Positions 1 through 12,349 of a DNA stretch of 64,000 nucleotides are shown here, one piece after another. Below the pieces are notes generated by a model that was given only the letters and a program-made list of their open reading frames with translations, did no database searches and was not told the DNA's origin. Both the position numbers and the translations under genes were made by a program. Position 1 is the first letter of the stretch, and each line of letters opens with the position of its first letter. Origin of the DNA: Tubulanus polymorphus (taxonomy: Eukaryota; Animalia; Nemertea); assembly GCF_964204645.1 (NCBI RefSeq), contig NC_134029.1, forward strand, positions 13,604,850 to 13,668,849. Reading direction: 5' to 3'.

Positions 1-217
1 GATTATATAATTCCTTGTTAATATAATCCATATAGTTTTGTCTTTTTTCTCTGTATTCTTCTGCAGCTTTATTATATTTTTCTAATGCTAAGTTATGTCT
101 TTTTTGTTCTGTTAATGAACCATTTTCATCAATATGTTTAAATAAATAACCACCACCAGTAAATGCTAAAGCGTTAACAATTGCTGATCCTAAAATAGTT
201 ATAATTGCAGAAGCCAT
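1..217 (-). CDS. Small Polinton-type protein with hydrophobic N-terminus and coiled coil (MASAIITILGSAIVNALAFTGGVYLF...EQKRHNLALEKYNKA), runs off the window
   Basis: Translated by hand from ATG at 217, preceded by TAAATAAATG. Resembles the 'G.A.VNALAF.G...KRHNLA.E' small ORFs I recall from invertebrate Polintons. Confidence 0.6.
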   Translation of the reverse strand, partial: MASAIITILGSAIVNALAFTGGGYLFKHIDENGSLTEQKRHNLALEKYNKAAEEYREKRQNYMDYINKELYN

Positions 218-287
218 TTATTTAGCAAAGAAAAATTATGCATGTATATGGGAGGAATATATTTTTGCTTTTCCAAATAATCAATAG

Positions 288-473
288 TTAAATTAGAAGA
301 CTCTTTAAAGTAACTGCTAACGTTAATTTTAAAATATCATTTATATCAAATCTATCAACATTAACACTTCCCATCTTAAATACTTTTTTTAATTCCATTG
401 TATAACCAACAGTTCCAACTGATAAAAATGCTCCATTATATAAACCAGTTATTATCCACTTATTATCACTCAT
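288..473 (-). CDS. Small hydrophobic Polinton-type protein (possibly frameshifted at the C-terminus)
   Basis: ORF track 61 aa with TAAATAAATG start, overlapping the stop of the upstream ORF in virus-like packing. Confidence 0.5.
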   Translation of the reverse strand: MSDNKWIITGLYNGAFLSVGTVGYTMELKKVFKMGSVNVDRFDINDILKLTLAVTLKSLLI

Positions 474-817
474 TTATTTATAAAAAAATTACTATCTTCA
501 AAATATTTAGTTATCTTATTTATGATTATTTCAACATTTATAGTATTATTAGGTTCATTTTCATATATTTCAGTTATCATTCTTTTAATATCATCAATTA
601 TAAAATCTTCATCTAATTCATAAAATCTTAAAGACTCGGTAATCTTTTCTACATTAAAAGTTTCTTTATCTATTGTTTTTTCATACTCAAATGTTGTTTC
701 ATTAGAAAATGCAATATTTTCAATATGTGTTATTACATCATTTATGTTCAATTTCATTTCTTTCTCATGTTTAAAATCAAATCCAAAACATATACTCGAT
801 CCAACAGTTATATTCAT
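470..817 (-). CDS. Acidic hypothetical protein of the Polinton-like element
   Basis: 115-aa ORF with TATAAATG start, co-oriented in the viral gene cluster. Confidence 0.5.
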   Translation of the reverse strand: MNITVGSSICFGFDFKHEKEMKLNINDVITHIENIAFSNETTFEYEKTIDKETFNVEKITESLRFYELDEDFIIDDIKRMITEIYENEPNNTINVEIIINKITKYFEDSNFFINK

Positions 818-833
818 TTATATAGTGAAAAAA

Positions 834-1414
834 TTACTCTTTACATCTTATAATTAATTCATAAATTATAGGAAAGTTACTTAAATCAATTAAATAACCA
901 TCATGATTTCTTATTTCTAATTTAGAAGTGTGAAAAAAGGCATTATATTTGAATTACCATCTACGTTTCCTGTAACAATATCTGGTGCAATTCCTAGCAA
1001 TTTAGCTAATGGTTTTCTCACCATAAATGAAGGTTTACTTTCATCATGTAACTTTATTTTAATTTTATTTGTGCTATCACTTTTTATAAATCTAATTAAA
1101 AATTTATCTTTACTTCTAATTTTCAACCGTGCTCTTCTATTAATTTCTTGAGCTAGTGTTTCTAAATTATATAATCCTGGTTTTAAAATGAGATGAAACC
1201 ATTTATTTATATTTCTAAAATGAATTAAAAAAATATTATGATCAATAGTTTTACTCGATACATCATAAAAAGAATTACATAAACTTACATTTACTAATTT
1301 TAAATCAACACAATTCTTAAATTCTCTATCTAATTCTACTAGTTAATTATGAGATTTATAATTTGTAAGTTTTCTAGAATCAACATGTATTCTATATTCT
1401 TTTAATTCTACCAT
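834..1414 (-). pseudogene. Minor capsid (penton-like, single jelly-roll) protein, disrupted
   Basis: MVELKEYRIHVDSRK...VELDREFKNCVDLKLVNVSLCNSFYDV...PGLYNLETLAQEIN...LAKLLG...LEIRNHDGYLIDLSNFPIIYELII, with in-frame stops and frameshifts. The motif order matches Polinton/PLV minor capsids. Confidence 0.6.
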
Positions 1415-1442
1415 TTATTTTACATATTTTCTTATTCGAAAT

Positions 1443-1787
1443 CTATTTCATGGTGGCCTTTTCCATTCTTACCTTTGTAATTACGAAATAGAAATCGCCT
1501 GAACATAATTCTTCTAAATCTTCACTTGATAATCTATGAAATCTATCAGGTAAATATGTTCTGAATTTATATGTATTTCCGTTTAATCCTTCATATTCTA
1601 AGTGTATAACTAATTTATCTCCATATTTGTTAGTAACTGTAACAACATCTGTAATTAGATGTTTCTTATGGATTGTTAATTCTTTTAACTTCTTAAACTT
1701 ATAATCTACTGATTTGACATTTGAAGTATTTTCTATTCTATCTAGAAATAATTTGTTGTACTCACTGTTTGCTTGTTTACTCTCCAT
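1443..1787 (-). CDS. Polinton-associated hypothetical protein (FKKLKEL...TNKYGDKLVI...YLPDRF; possibly OB-fold ssDNA-binding)
   Basis: 114-aa ORF with TATAAATG start directly downstream of pPolB. The function is inferred. Confidence 0.5.
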   Translation of the reverse strand: MESKQANSEYNKLFLDRIENTSNVKSVDYKFKKLKELTIHKKHLITDVVTVTNKYGDKLVIHLEYEGLNGNTYKFRTYLPDRFHRLSSEDLEELCSGDFYFVITKVRMEKATMK

Positions 1788-1815
1788 TTATAATACATAT
1801 TTGTATTAAAATTGA

Positions 1816-3217
1816 TTAACACGTTAGAATCCTTTTCATAATCTCATTTTCTTTTGTTTCTTCTCTTTTAAATTTTAAGTTTTCATCTAAATTGCAACCA
1901 TATGCAACTGTATGAATTCCATCATCTAAAATATATCTTTTATCATCAAATGGGTTTAGACTTATCTTTTCTATTCCTTCAATAAACATTTCGTGATCTT
2001 CTGATCTTAAACATTTCAACTTATGTTTTCTAACTTCTTCATTGAATATACAATTGATATAATCTTTGAAATGAATATTCTTTTCTACTACACTTTTAGT
2101 TTGTATTTGGCAATTTGATTAAATCAAATACATTTATTCTTAAATTATTATCTCTTTCTATTTTTGGGATATTTTTAATTCTAACAGGATAATTATATAT
2201 CTTATAATTATTTTCAAATGGTTTATAATGTGTTAATCTAAAACTATGTTCTTTATAATCTTCAACTGGGTGTAAGCAACTTATAATTGACCATAGAAAA
2301 CATTTATCATCAAAATTTTGTACATTTATTACAGCATTAGTTTTAAATGGTAGTTTAATATAACTCGATGCTTCAATATCTGGTTCTTTATAATATGATA
2401 CATTATTTTCATCTATTGGTTTTGATTTAGTTAACTTATTATATTTTGTGTTATAAACATGTAAAGTCATAAATATTATTTCATCAAATATTAAACCTGA
2501 TCCTTCAAAATATTTCTCTTCTATTTTAGTTTTTATTTCATTATAACATTTATCTAATTTATCATCTATATGTTGTTCAGATATAATATGTTGTGAATGA
2601 GAATTTATATTATATATTGGTTTATCTTCAGATTTTATAAATTTAACTTTAGAAGATATACTTATTTTAGGGTATTCAACATATGTTATTTTTATAATAT
2701 TTTTCATATTTTCTAAATGTTTTTTATTTTCTTCTAATGTTTTTCCTTTATGAAATTTAAACTCAATAGCTGCTGGACCAATATCACTTTTAAATGCTTC
2801 GGTTATTTCTATATCTTTTTTATTATCTAATGAATTAATATAATTTCTTACATCTTCCATGTATGGTCTTTTATTGTTTAATTTATTTCTTATTCTTTTA
2901 ATTGTCTTATGTTTCTTATCGTTATCATTATCAAAATAATCTTCACCTTAAATATCATTATTCTTATTTCTAATATGACTTTTAGATTTAAAATGTTCAT
3001 TATAATATCTTTTATCACTGAATGATTGATTACACGTATCACATTTATATGTTTCTTTTTCATTCTTTAATTCATCTAATTTAGTTTCTAATATATCACC
3101 TTCATATTCTAATTTCAATTTATTCTCTAAATGTGTTTTAGTTTTATTGTGTCTTGATTTTTGGGATTTATCTATATTGATTTTACATGTTGAACAGTAG
3201 TACTTATTTGTTTCCAT
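1816..3217 (-). pseudogene. Protein-primed family B DNA polymerase with N-terminal C2H2 zinc fingers; one premature stop and a large internal deletion
   Basis: The ZnF ORF (ATG 3217) is in frame with ORF 2096-2860 across a single TAA at 2948-2950. The N-terminal pPolB motif (SSYIKLP...INVQNFDDKCFLWSI) is joined near 2097 directly to the extreme C-terminus (KSVVEKNIHFKDY...FDDKRYI). Confidence 0.8.
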
Positions 3218-3604
3218 TTTAATACTAAATTTTTTTTTTAAATTGATTTGATACATTTTATTCATTTATATTTTATTCATTTATATGTTATTCATGTATA
3301 TATATATATGAATTATTTCACTCACACTTTACTCACACTTTTAATGTTTAAAAATCTAAATCATACAAATATAAATATTGAAATATGTTTAAAATATATC
3401 TATTTATCTATCTATAAGAGCTCAACCTCCGACCTCTGATCTGAAAACGCCATTTCCTAATTACTTATATATGTTATTCATGTAAATCATGTTTATATAT
3501 ATGAATATTTTAAGAATAATAGGGGTAATGGGCTTTCAGGTTAAAGGTTGAAAGGGCGAGTGAGTAAAAATGAAAAATACGAAAATAATAACAATTTCTA
3601 TTTG

Positions 3605-3690
3605 AATTAGGAGTGAAACTCATATAAAATGAAAAATAAATTCGAGCGTGCGAGAATTATTTTTCATTTTTTATGAGTTCAACCTCAATT
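3605..3690. repeat. AT-rich imperfect hairpin at the boundary of the Polinton-like element
   Basis: gaaactcatataaaatgaaaaataaattc / loop gagcgtgcga / gaattatttttcattttttatgagttc. Confidence 0.75.
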
Positions 3691-5477
3691 TCTACATTTT
3701 CTACAAGGAGGAGCCTTAAAGGGTTGTCCCCGAATAGAGGTCAAAGCTTGGTTTACTTTCTCAACTTGCTTGAGACTACCATCTGCTTTCATGCCTGGAT
3801 TTGTCTGGCCTATGAGAGTCGAACAAGCAATAATTTTCGCATACACAGGCTTGGCTTTAGTGTAGATGAAGGCTAGGCACTGGACATTGTGAATTAACTG
3901 GATTTCTAAACCCTTTAATCAATTTACAGCTTTAGATATACATTATATATTCTGCAAGAGTACACAAAAGAAATCAGTTCTACATTTTATCCGAATCAAG
4001 GTTAAAGCCACCGATTCCCTTAGCTTGGGCTTAAATTCTGGTTCCATTGCTTCGCATTCTATTGAAATCCACTTGGTTACCTGGGTTTATCGCTTAGCAT
4101 TTAAAGACTACAAATTTGGTCCCAGGAAACCCAAGTAAAGCGGGGTACTACTGTACATCAGCTGTTTTTTTCTCTGGTTGAATCAAGTTATTACTGAAAT
4201 AGCATTTATTTTATTTTACTTTTTAAAATTGTATCATTTAGCTATCCTGCTGCAAATTTCACAGTTGAAGTTCACTGGTGGCATCTGATTGCATGAAATA
4301 TAATCACTGCTACAAGAAGTCTTTTCTCTGTAGCTGTATGTCCATCTAAGGAAATCAACTCGCTCTATGATTCCTCCTTTTATACATCTAAAAATAGTCT
4401 CAAAATAAGAATTGATACATTTTTCTAACAGATGGTATGTCATTTCTTTAAAAAAACCTGATGATTATAGCAACTAAATTATTCACAATTATTAAATCCA
4501 TTCCATGCGCACGATGAATTAAAAAGAAATTAAGTAAGATCCCATTTATCCGAAAGCCGCATCTTCATTATAACTAGCTATCAAATTCAACTTACCCCCA
4601 GTCTCCAACAGAGAATACCACAGTCGCCCATAGTCATGCGTGACGTGTTGACAAAAGAAAAGTGGCTCTCATAATCATATTTTAAATACATTTGAAATAA
4701 GATTTTTACGTCTTGTAGAAGTAAACCACATTCTTGAAATATTCAGCATACTGTTTAAAGTTGGCTTGAACGGTTGAGATAGGGTTTTGATAGGTTTTCA
4801 TACTCTACGCATACTGTTTATGCAAGTCTCTATAACCAAAAATTAGGTAGAGACTAAAGCAAAGGTTCAGGAGTCGGCAGCTGTCCCGGCCCGGAAAATA
4901 TTTCAAAACGTCTATTGTCGGTTCCTAGCACGATTTCAGTGTTTTTCGGAAATTCCCTAAATTTCAGCGTTTTACGGAAATTTCCTGAAATTTCAGCATT
5001 TCTTTTCAGCATTACACCGTTTCAACTTTTTCAGCGAAGTTCAGGAACCGATATGAGATGACCGGATTATTGAATCCGCATTGCATGTATTCCACACTGA
5101 CACGTGGAATCGTATCCATTTTAGGTATATTTAAACGTATTCCTCATTGCGTTTATGATGAATCCGTCGCATGGGTATATGTACGATCCGGAGGCGTATT
5201 GCGTTTATATTCACGGATCAAACCGCATTGAATTCGATAAAACGCAGAGCTACAGTATCCGTTATGACAGCAATCTGGATATTTTCGGTTTCAGATTGGT
5301 GCTTATTGTTTCGCAATTTTCAACTTTTGATACCAATTGGCGACATGTGTTTTAGTATCTCTCTTCTGTAAGCCTGTTGTTTAAAATGTTACGTATGCAT
5401 AAATGATTTCAGAAATCATCGGGGGGGGGGGGGGGGGGATTGAGTTCGATAGTAAAAGGATCTTAAACTCAGAAATG

Positions 5478-8400
5478 GCTATGTGGCGATAATGTTCATT
5501 TTCTGTTAACATATCCTTACATGAAAAGAGCTCATTTTTGCTGCCCCAAAAGTCACACTACATAAAAAAATGCATCAAGAATTGGTGTAGGCTTCGTGCT
5601 GAAAAGAAATCCAAGATGGATGACAACCCTGGTGGCCATACTTGAACTAAATTTTCATATAAGTAGTTCAATAAGTAGTAGACATTTCACCTACCAAAAT
5701 TGGTAAGGGTTTCAAAAAAAGGGTTTCGCAACCGATGTTGAAAAACAGGTGAACCAAATAGAACCAAATGCAACAAACTATGACAAGTTTATTACACTTC
5801 TGCAGACAGCCGGAAAGAAAAATATCCCGAGAGGCTGCAGAATCCAGTATATATCAGGGCTGTCCGACGATACTTCAGAACTCTACAACAGCTACGTCAG
5901 CATGTTTGAAGCCAACCCGTTCTCAGATGAAACTCGAGACGCTGGCCAGAGAGTGATGGAAGCCGTCTCCAAGGACAGACAAAATAGCTGGTCCGCTCTG
6001 GTTGAGTCAACAGATCTGGCGAGAAACAGCAGGAAGGCATGGTCATTCATACAGTAGCTTCGGGGAGACCCAAAACCAGCACCACAGCAACCCAATGTAA
6101 CTGCTAACCAAGTGGCCCACCAACTCCTCCTGAATGCTAAAAGTAAGAAGATTCATAGACCTCCAAAGCTGGACAGACACACTCTAAGAAATGAAGACCC
6201 TGGATTCACTGTACCTTTCACCACAGCGGAACTTGAGAAAGGAATATCCAGCCTCAAACCAGGAAAAGCTATGGGTCTCGACAATATTGCCACCGAACGG
6301 GTCAAGCAACTAGGACCCAAAGCAAGAGCTTGGCTACTCAATCTTTACAACTACTGCCTCAGAACACAGAAACTGCCCAAGTCTTGGAAGAAAGCACATG
6401 TTGTTGCCCTGCTGAAAACAGGAAAGGATGCCTCAGAACCCAAAAGCTACAGACCTATCTCACTACTTAGCCATCTCTACGAAGTTGTTCGAATGCCTGA
6501 TTCTCAACAGATTGGCACCAGAGCTTGATGATGACCTCATCCCAGAGCAAGCAGGTTTCCGCTCAGGAAAGTCAACAACTAGCCAAGTACTCAATCTAGC
6601 CCAGTACATCGAAGACGGTTTTGAGAAAGGCATGGTGACGGGAGTAGTGTTGGTCGACCTAACTGCCGCATATGACACTGTTAACCACAGACGACTCTTG
6701 AGCAAGGTGCTCTCAATAACCAAAAACATCCGCCTTACAGAGCTCATTGAAAGTATGCTGGAAAACAGAATGTTCTATGTCGAGCTAAACAAGAAGAAAA
6801 GTAGATGGAGACGGATAAAAAATGGCCTGCCACAAGGAAGTGTGCTCTCGCCGTTGCTCTTCAATATCTACACAAATGACCAGCCAACTCCTGAACAGAC
6901 ACCTCGTTTCATATTTGCAGACGACCTAGCCATTGGGGCCCAGGAAAACACCTTTGAAGAAGTTGAGGAGACACTGACAAATGCACTCGATAGTCTCACG
7001 CCATACTATGAAGAAAATGATCTAAACGCAAACCAGACAAAAACCCAGGTCAGTGATTTCCACCTCAGGAACTATGAAGCTGATCGGAAACTCAAAGTTA
7101 AATGGTCTGGAGTAGATCTGGAGCACCATCACTTCCCGGTGTACTTAGGATTCACCTTAGACAGGACTCTTTCCTTCAAGAAACATATTGAGAAGACAAG
7201 AGCGAAGGTCAGCACACGGAACAATATCCTCCACCAATTAACAGTGCTGAACACTTCGTGTCGAATGATCACCGGTTGCATGAAGCCAACAAACACCAAC
7301 AGCCTCTACATCCTGTCAGGCATGGCACCACCAGATATCAGGAGAGCGGCAACTAGTAAGTGCGAACGGCAACGACAAGTCACAGACAGACGTCATCCAC
7401 TGTATAACCACAAGCCAGCTGGAAGACGCCTGAAGTCCAGGAAGAGTTTCCTCCACGAAATAGAGCCTGCCACTGCTTGTACCAGCGAGGAACGGTTAGA
7501 GATGTGGACAGACAGAGCCAATAGACTCCCCGAAGAAACCGTAATGGGCCTGCCCATCCAGGAGAACCTCCCTCCAGGGGCAGAGTCATGCCGTCCTGAA
7601 TGGACATGTCTGAACCGCCTGCGAGCAAGAGTCGGCAGATGTAGAGATCTGATGTTTAAGTGGGGCCTGTCGCCGAACAGCAATCCATGTGACTGTGGCC
7701 AACCCCAGACTATGCAACACCTCCTCGAGTGTCCGCTCCTAGAAGAACCCTGCTCTAGACGAGACCTGGCAGCCTACAACACCACCGCCAAGCTGTGTGC
7801 CCAGCAATGGAAGGGCTCCATTTAGATTTGTGCGTGGACACAATAAATAAATAACCTACCAAAATTATTACACCTAGTTTCATGAAAATGCATCAAGAAT
7901 TGAAGGCTGTTCCCTGCTAGAAATTCAAGATGGCTGACCTGGCGGCCATATTTGAAAGCCGATAACCTCCACATACAAAAAGCCATGGATAGCTTACCTA
8001 CCCTGATCCTCACACCAAATTTTGTGGAAAATCTATCAAGAATTGCGGACTGCATCGTACAAACAAGAAATTTAAGATGGCCACCCAATGGCAGCCAAGA
8101 CCCAATCTTCAAGCTCATTTTCAAAAATATTTATTGCAAATTACAGGCGAATTACTGTGTTGAATTCAATTCAATTCCTGAGGGTCTGGGTTAAGCTTAT
8201 GCAATAGGAGTTAATTAAGATTCGACTTTTTGAAAAACCAGTACAGATGCCTATTCAAACCAACATGTAATTAAAAAATTCAGTGCTTCTTAGTTTGATG
8301 TCCCTGTTTTCATCGCGCACGTGGTTAAAATTATTGTTTACATCAAACGTCTTCAACAGCTGATACAACCGCACCCACGTCTGTCAATCATCTTAATTGA

Positions 8401-9180
8401 TTCATAGGCCTATAGTAAAATGCTCACTATGAAAGCACTATGCGGTGAATCAATCCGGAATTTTTCATTTGAATGTCAGACACTAGGTACCTTTCTTTAA
8501 ACGTTTATTTTTTGTATGCCATTAACAATCAGTTATATAATACTTTATTCATAAGCGGCGTGCCGGCAGCGAACGCTCAAGCAAGGTCAGTCACATAGGC
8601 CAACGATAACAGACCGGTTTTGCCGGTTGAGAGCTTCTCTCCACATAAATTAGAGGGACTGTGATGGACCATTTGTTGACACTAACTGTTAATAAACTTC
8701 GTATGGATACAATCAAAACAATTCCACCCTATAATTCCACTATTCAACGATCAACACACAGCTTAAACATGGCGCCGCCATTCAATACGCTAGTCACGAT
8801 GTATCTCTACACACATCAAAATCACACTTGAATTACAAGTGTTGACTTATGAGAAACGATCGAAATCTAGCAATTTGATTGGGAAAATAGCAGCACTAAT
8901 AGTTGAAAAAAGTTGATAAACCACCCTCGATTGTCCAACCATTTAAAAGCTTTGCCTTCACATGGAACTATTTCCACCTTATCACAGGTGCACTCTGCTG
9001 TGATTCGCCCATTCAACGATAAAAACTTCCCCACCATCTTGCTACCGGCATTTTCTAATAATTTAGGGAAATATTTTAAAAAGCGAAAATTCACACTTTG
9101 CATTAATAAGATTAAAGTATTTATTCGTTTGACAAATCTTCCTCTGAACTCCCACCATGAAGTTATCAGAGGATTAATTA
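5478..9180 (+). repeat. Dispersed non-coding composite repeat (host of the LINE); paralog at about 48985-51145
   Basis: Long shared segments with 48985-51145, e.g. ttcattttctgttaa...ctgccccaaa and gattcgactttttgaaaaaccag...ctgaactcccacca. Confidence 0.75.
5702..7853 (+). mobile_element. 5'-truncated non-LTR retrotransposon (Vingi/Ingi-like RT with C-terminal CCHC), pseudogenised
   Basis: RT motifs YRPISLLS, QAGFR, DLTAAYD, GLPQGSVLSP, FADD; C-terminal CDCG...QTMQHLLEC; (AATA)n tail; 13-bp TSD acctaccaaaatt at 5689-5701 and 7854-7866; stop at 6055-6057 and frameshift near 6480. Confidence 0.9.
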
Positions 9181-10198
9181 AAGTCAGATACCCGTCTGGC
9201 TACAAAAAACCTATTTGAATTTTTTACATTGCACACATGATGTCTTTGTTGCCAGAAAAGGGCCCCAGTTCCCGTTTTTCCTGAAACGTGCTCTTTTTTA
9301 TTTAAAATGAAATACAATTTTTGGAAAACTTCATTGCATTCAAATTTACTAAAATGACATCTCCAAACCAATGACGGTATCCTATCACTTGCGTTCGAAA
9401 TAAACATACAGTACGTGAGAACCTTCAGCGAACTATTTCTGTTTTTTAAGAACCTTCAGCGAACTATTTCTGTTTTTCAAACATGAGATGTATAAAGTAT
9501 GACCAGAGATGCAACAGCATTCATGAGTCAGCCGGAAGGTTTATTTTAAAATCAATGGCCTACATTTTGTGTTCAAAGCCACGGACTCCCTGTGGTCTCA
9601 ACGAGCTTTCAACAGCATGACAGCCGCGGGCGTTTACTAGCCTCTGTGCTATAGGAACAAATATGGAGGAGTAGACTGTTGGTCACTCATTCTCTCAGCG
9701 AAGTCATTCGGTTGCTACGAGGAATTTGAACTATTAGCTTTTTGCTCTGTACGAGGAAAAAATGGACGGATCGTCATCGTATTCAGATTTGGAATCAGAC
9801 ATTAAACCTCAACCCCGTTGTTCTGGTAACAAAATAAATTTTGTTCTTGATATACATTTATATCAGAGTTTGAGGAATACTTTTAAGTTACGTGTTTTGT
9901 GAATCTATGACTATGAATGTTCAAATCAATCTGCGATGATTTATTTCAAAATCCACGTTCTTATGTCAATTCGAAATACAAAATACAAAAAAGAGTAGCC
10001 ATGAATTTTTTCTTTCACATCGACTTTTCTTTCACAATTTTCTAGTTAGATATTATTCTGGGCATCTTTGATTAATCTCCCTTTTCAAATGAATTACGCG
10101 ATGTTACATAGAAAAATATATTCTTATCGAGATCTACATAAAGTTAATTTGTGTGAATGGTGATTACATGTATCGGTTTGTCCATGGTCTCTAAAAAC

Positions 10199-12060
10199 CA
10201 ACAAGAGGCCCATGGGCCTTAAAGCATTGGTAGATTATACAGTGGAAAGGTATTAAGTGGTCATTATGTTTTATATCTGCCGGCAAATGCTCTATGTCGA
10301 TGTTGATTGGGAGGACCACAGACTTAAAGGTCAATTTGTCTACTGTACGATCTTTATTCATGCTGAAAATAAATGTTTTTTCTGCTGAACGATTTAGCCT
10401 CGGCTATTTGTATTGTTAAACCTCATTAATGCGATTCTGTTTAAAAGACGAAACTAGTATATTCTGATGTTTTCCATCATGTCCCAGCCAAGATATATAT
10501 ATCAATCAAGATTTTGATACAAAAACCCATTTTTCGCATGAACTGTTAGGCCCTACTGAATAATGACAACAAAAGTAGAACGATTTTTCGGAATGCAATT
10601 GCAAGATCCTCTGATGCATGCGTAGATCAACCGGTCAAACGTACACATGCAAAAAGTCGCACAGAAGAGAGCAATGCCGGCGAACCGATGGAATTTTACA
10701 ATAAACCGTCAGTCAACTGTTTGATGACACAACATCGATGTTCTCGGCTTGCTTAACAATGATATTTTCCTACAATAAACAACTCTGGTAAAATTGAATA
10801 AAATGATCTATCTTTATTGGTTATATCGCATCATGGTGGTAGCCTACCATTCGAGTTTAAGTGGAACTGCAGTGAAAAATTTTTTGTTTCGATATGTGTT
10901 AGAAACCTTTATAAATACATTTTCAAAACAGCAGAAAAACATTTCATCTAATACTTTATCCAAAAAAGAACGTTTTGTAGAGTGCCTGGCTGCCGCCATT
11001 TTCTCTACGTAGCAGACTCTTTTCTCTCGGCTGTGACGTATTTCGGCCCACTGCAATATGTGTTACTGCTGCTATTCAAAGTGTTTTCACCAATAATAGT
11101 TCTAAAGTGCAGCATAATGCCACATCAGCAATTATTTGGATATGTTTCACACAGTGAGTGGATAAATAAAAGTAAAGACCCCACTGGCAGCCCAGCAGGA
11201 GTATTTTAATCGCAATTTTCAACTGAGATCTTCGATGAGTTTCGATCTATTTGTGTACACACTGGAGTGTGTGATGGGCCGGGATACGTCATCAATGTTT
11301 ACATGCCTCACTTTTGAATTCATATATGGCGGCTCTCATCTGCCCTAAATTCTGCTGATAACAGTATTAAAATCGTTGTATAAAAGTTAGGAAGAATTGG
11401 AAATTACAACTAGCATTATGCTAAACAACAAGAGAAGAAATGAATGGCCAATCATAATTTTTTGACTGCAGTTCCCGTTAAACCGTTTGATGTTTCATGT
11501 CATCATGAAATGGTTTTAACTTTAGTCACGGCATTCCCGCACGATCACATAACTTACCTATACAGGTTTCAGTCATGAGTAGGCCTGCCGTTCCACTGCT
11601 CTAGAAATACGTATTCTGACGCTGAGAATTAATCCCATGGCTTCTTATAGTCGGAATAACAGTAATACTCAAACACTATAATATTTGTAAATCGGAGGTA
11701 CATAATTTATGTTTTCCCATTCAAAAGAGGCCGTTCCCCATTCTCTGCTGCCAATGTCAATGCGTACATATCACCACGCGATTGTTTTACCCGCTCCCAT
11801 CTACCAGATAACTAATGAGAAAAATGCGATAGAATAACTTTTTGGACCATCAAATCAGAAATCTGGCGACGCTATGTTGTGGGGAATAATTACAATATTA
11901 TTTTGAGTGTTTCTAATGTTTTACGTGAATGGAGTGACAATTTGAAATTACTATGAACATGAGAAGACTAGAGTCGGCGCTATTTTTCGTAACTTCTATT
12001 TTCGATCCATTTTGCCAGCATTGGCATGACGTCATAGACGTCAACCAATTCTAAAAAATT
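10199..12060 (+). repeat. Dispersed repeat family A (Helentron/HINE-like start AACAAGAGGCCCATGGGCCT), copy 1
   Basis: Closely similar to 36905-38600 and 62918-64000. Confidence 0.8.
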
Positions 12061-12349
12061 GTCTTAAAGGTCCATGGTTTGCACTACCACGGCACAATAG
12101 TCTGATTCCAGTTCAATAATAACGTTTTTCAAACTTGTTTTCCATCACACAATATCATTGTATCCCCTGGAAAGTTCTGCGCTTATCAGCCCAGCAATTA
12201 CAGATCTTTAATTCACTGCATTATGTAAGCAGAAATGTCTTATATACTGAGTGTCTTTAACTATTACTTTTCAGAAGTTGGAATGGCGGCAAAAAGCCAT
12301 GACAAAACATTCAATGGGAGGAAAATAAGAGGAAAACAGTGGTCGATGT

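Larger units (their letters stand above)
1..3700 (-). mobile_element. Decayed Polinton/Maverick-like (adintovirus-like) endogenous viral element, truncated at the window start
   Basis: Very AT-rich block of tightly packed, intronless, co-oriented minus-strand ORFs. Includes pPolB motifs (INVQNFDDKCFLWSI; ISLNPFDDKRYILDDGIHTVAYG) and a minor-capsid-like ORF. Composition changes abruptly near 3700. Confidence 0.85.

Noticed and set aside
3690-3880. Stop-free minus-strand frame (LAFIYTKAKPVYAKIIACSTLIGQTNPG...)
   Set aside because: No recognisable family and no convincing splice sites.
5421-5438. Poly-G run as a G-quadruplex element
   Set aside because: Simple homopolymer with unreliable length and no supporting context.
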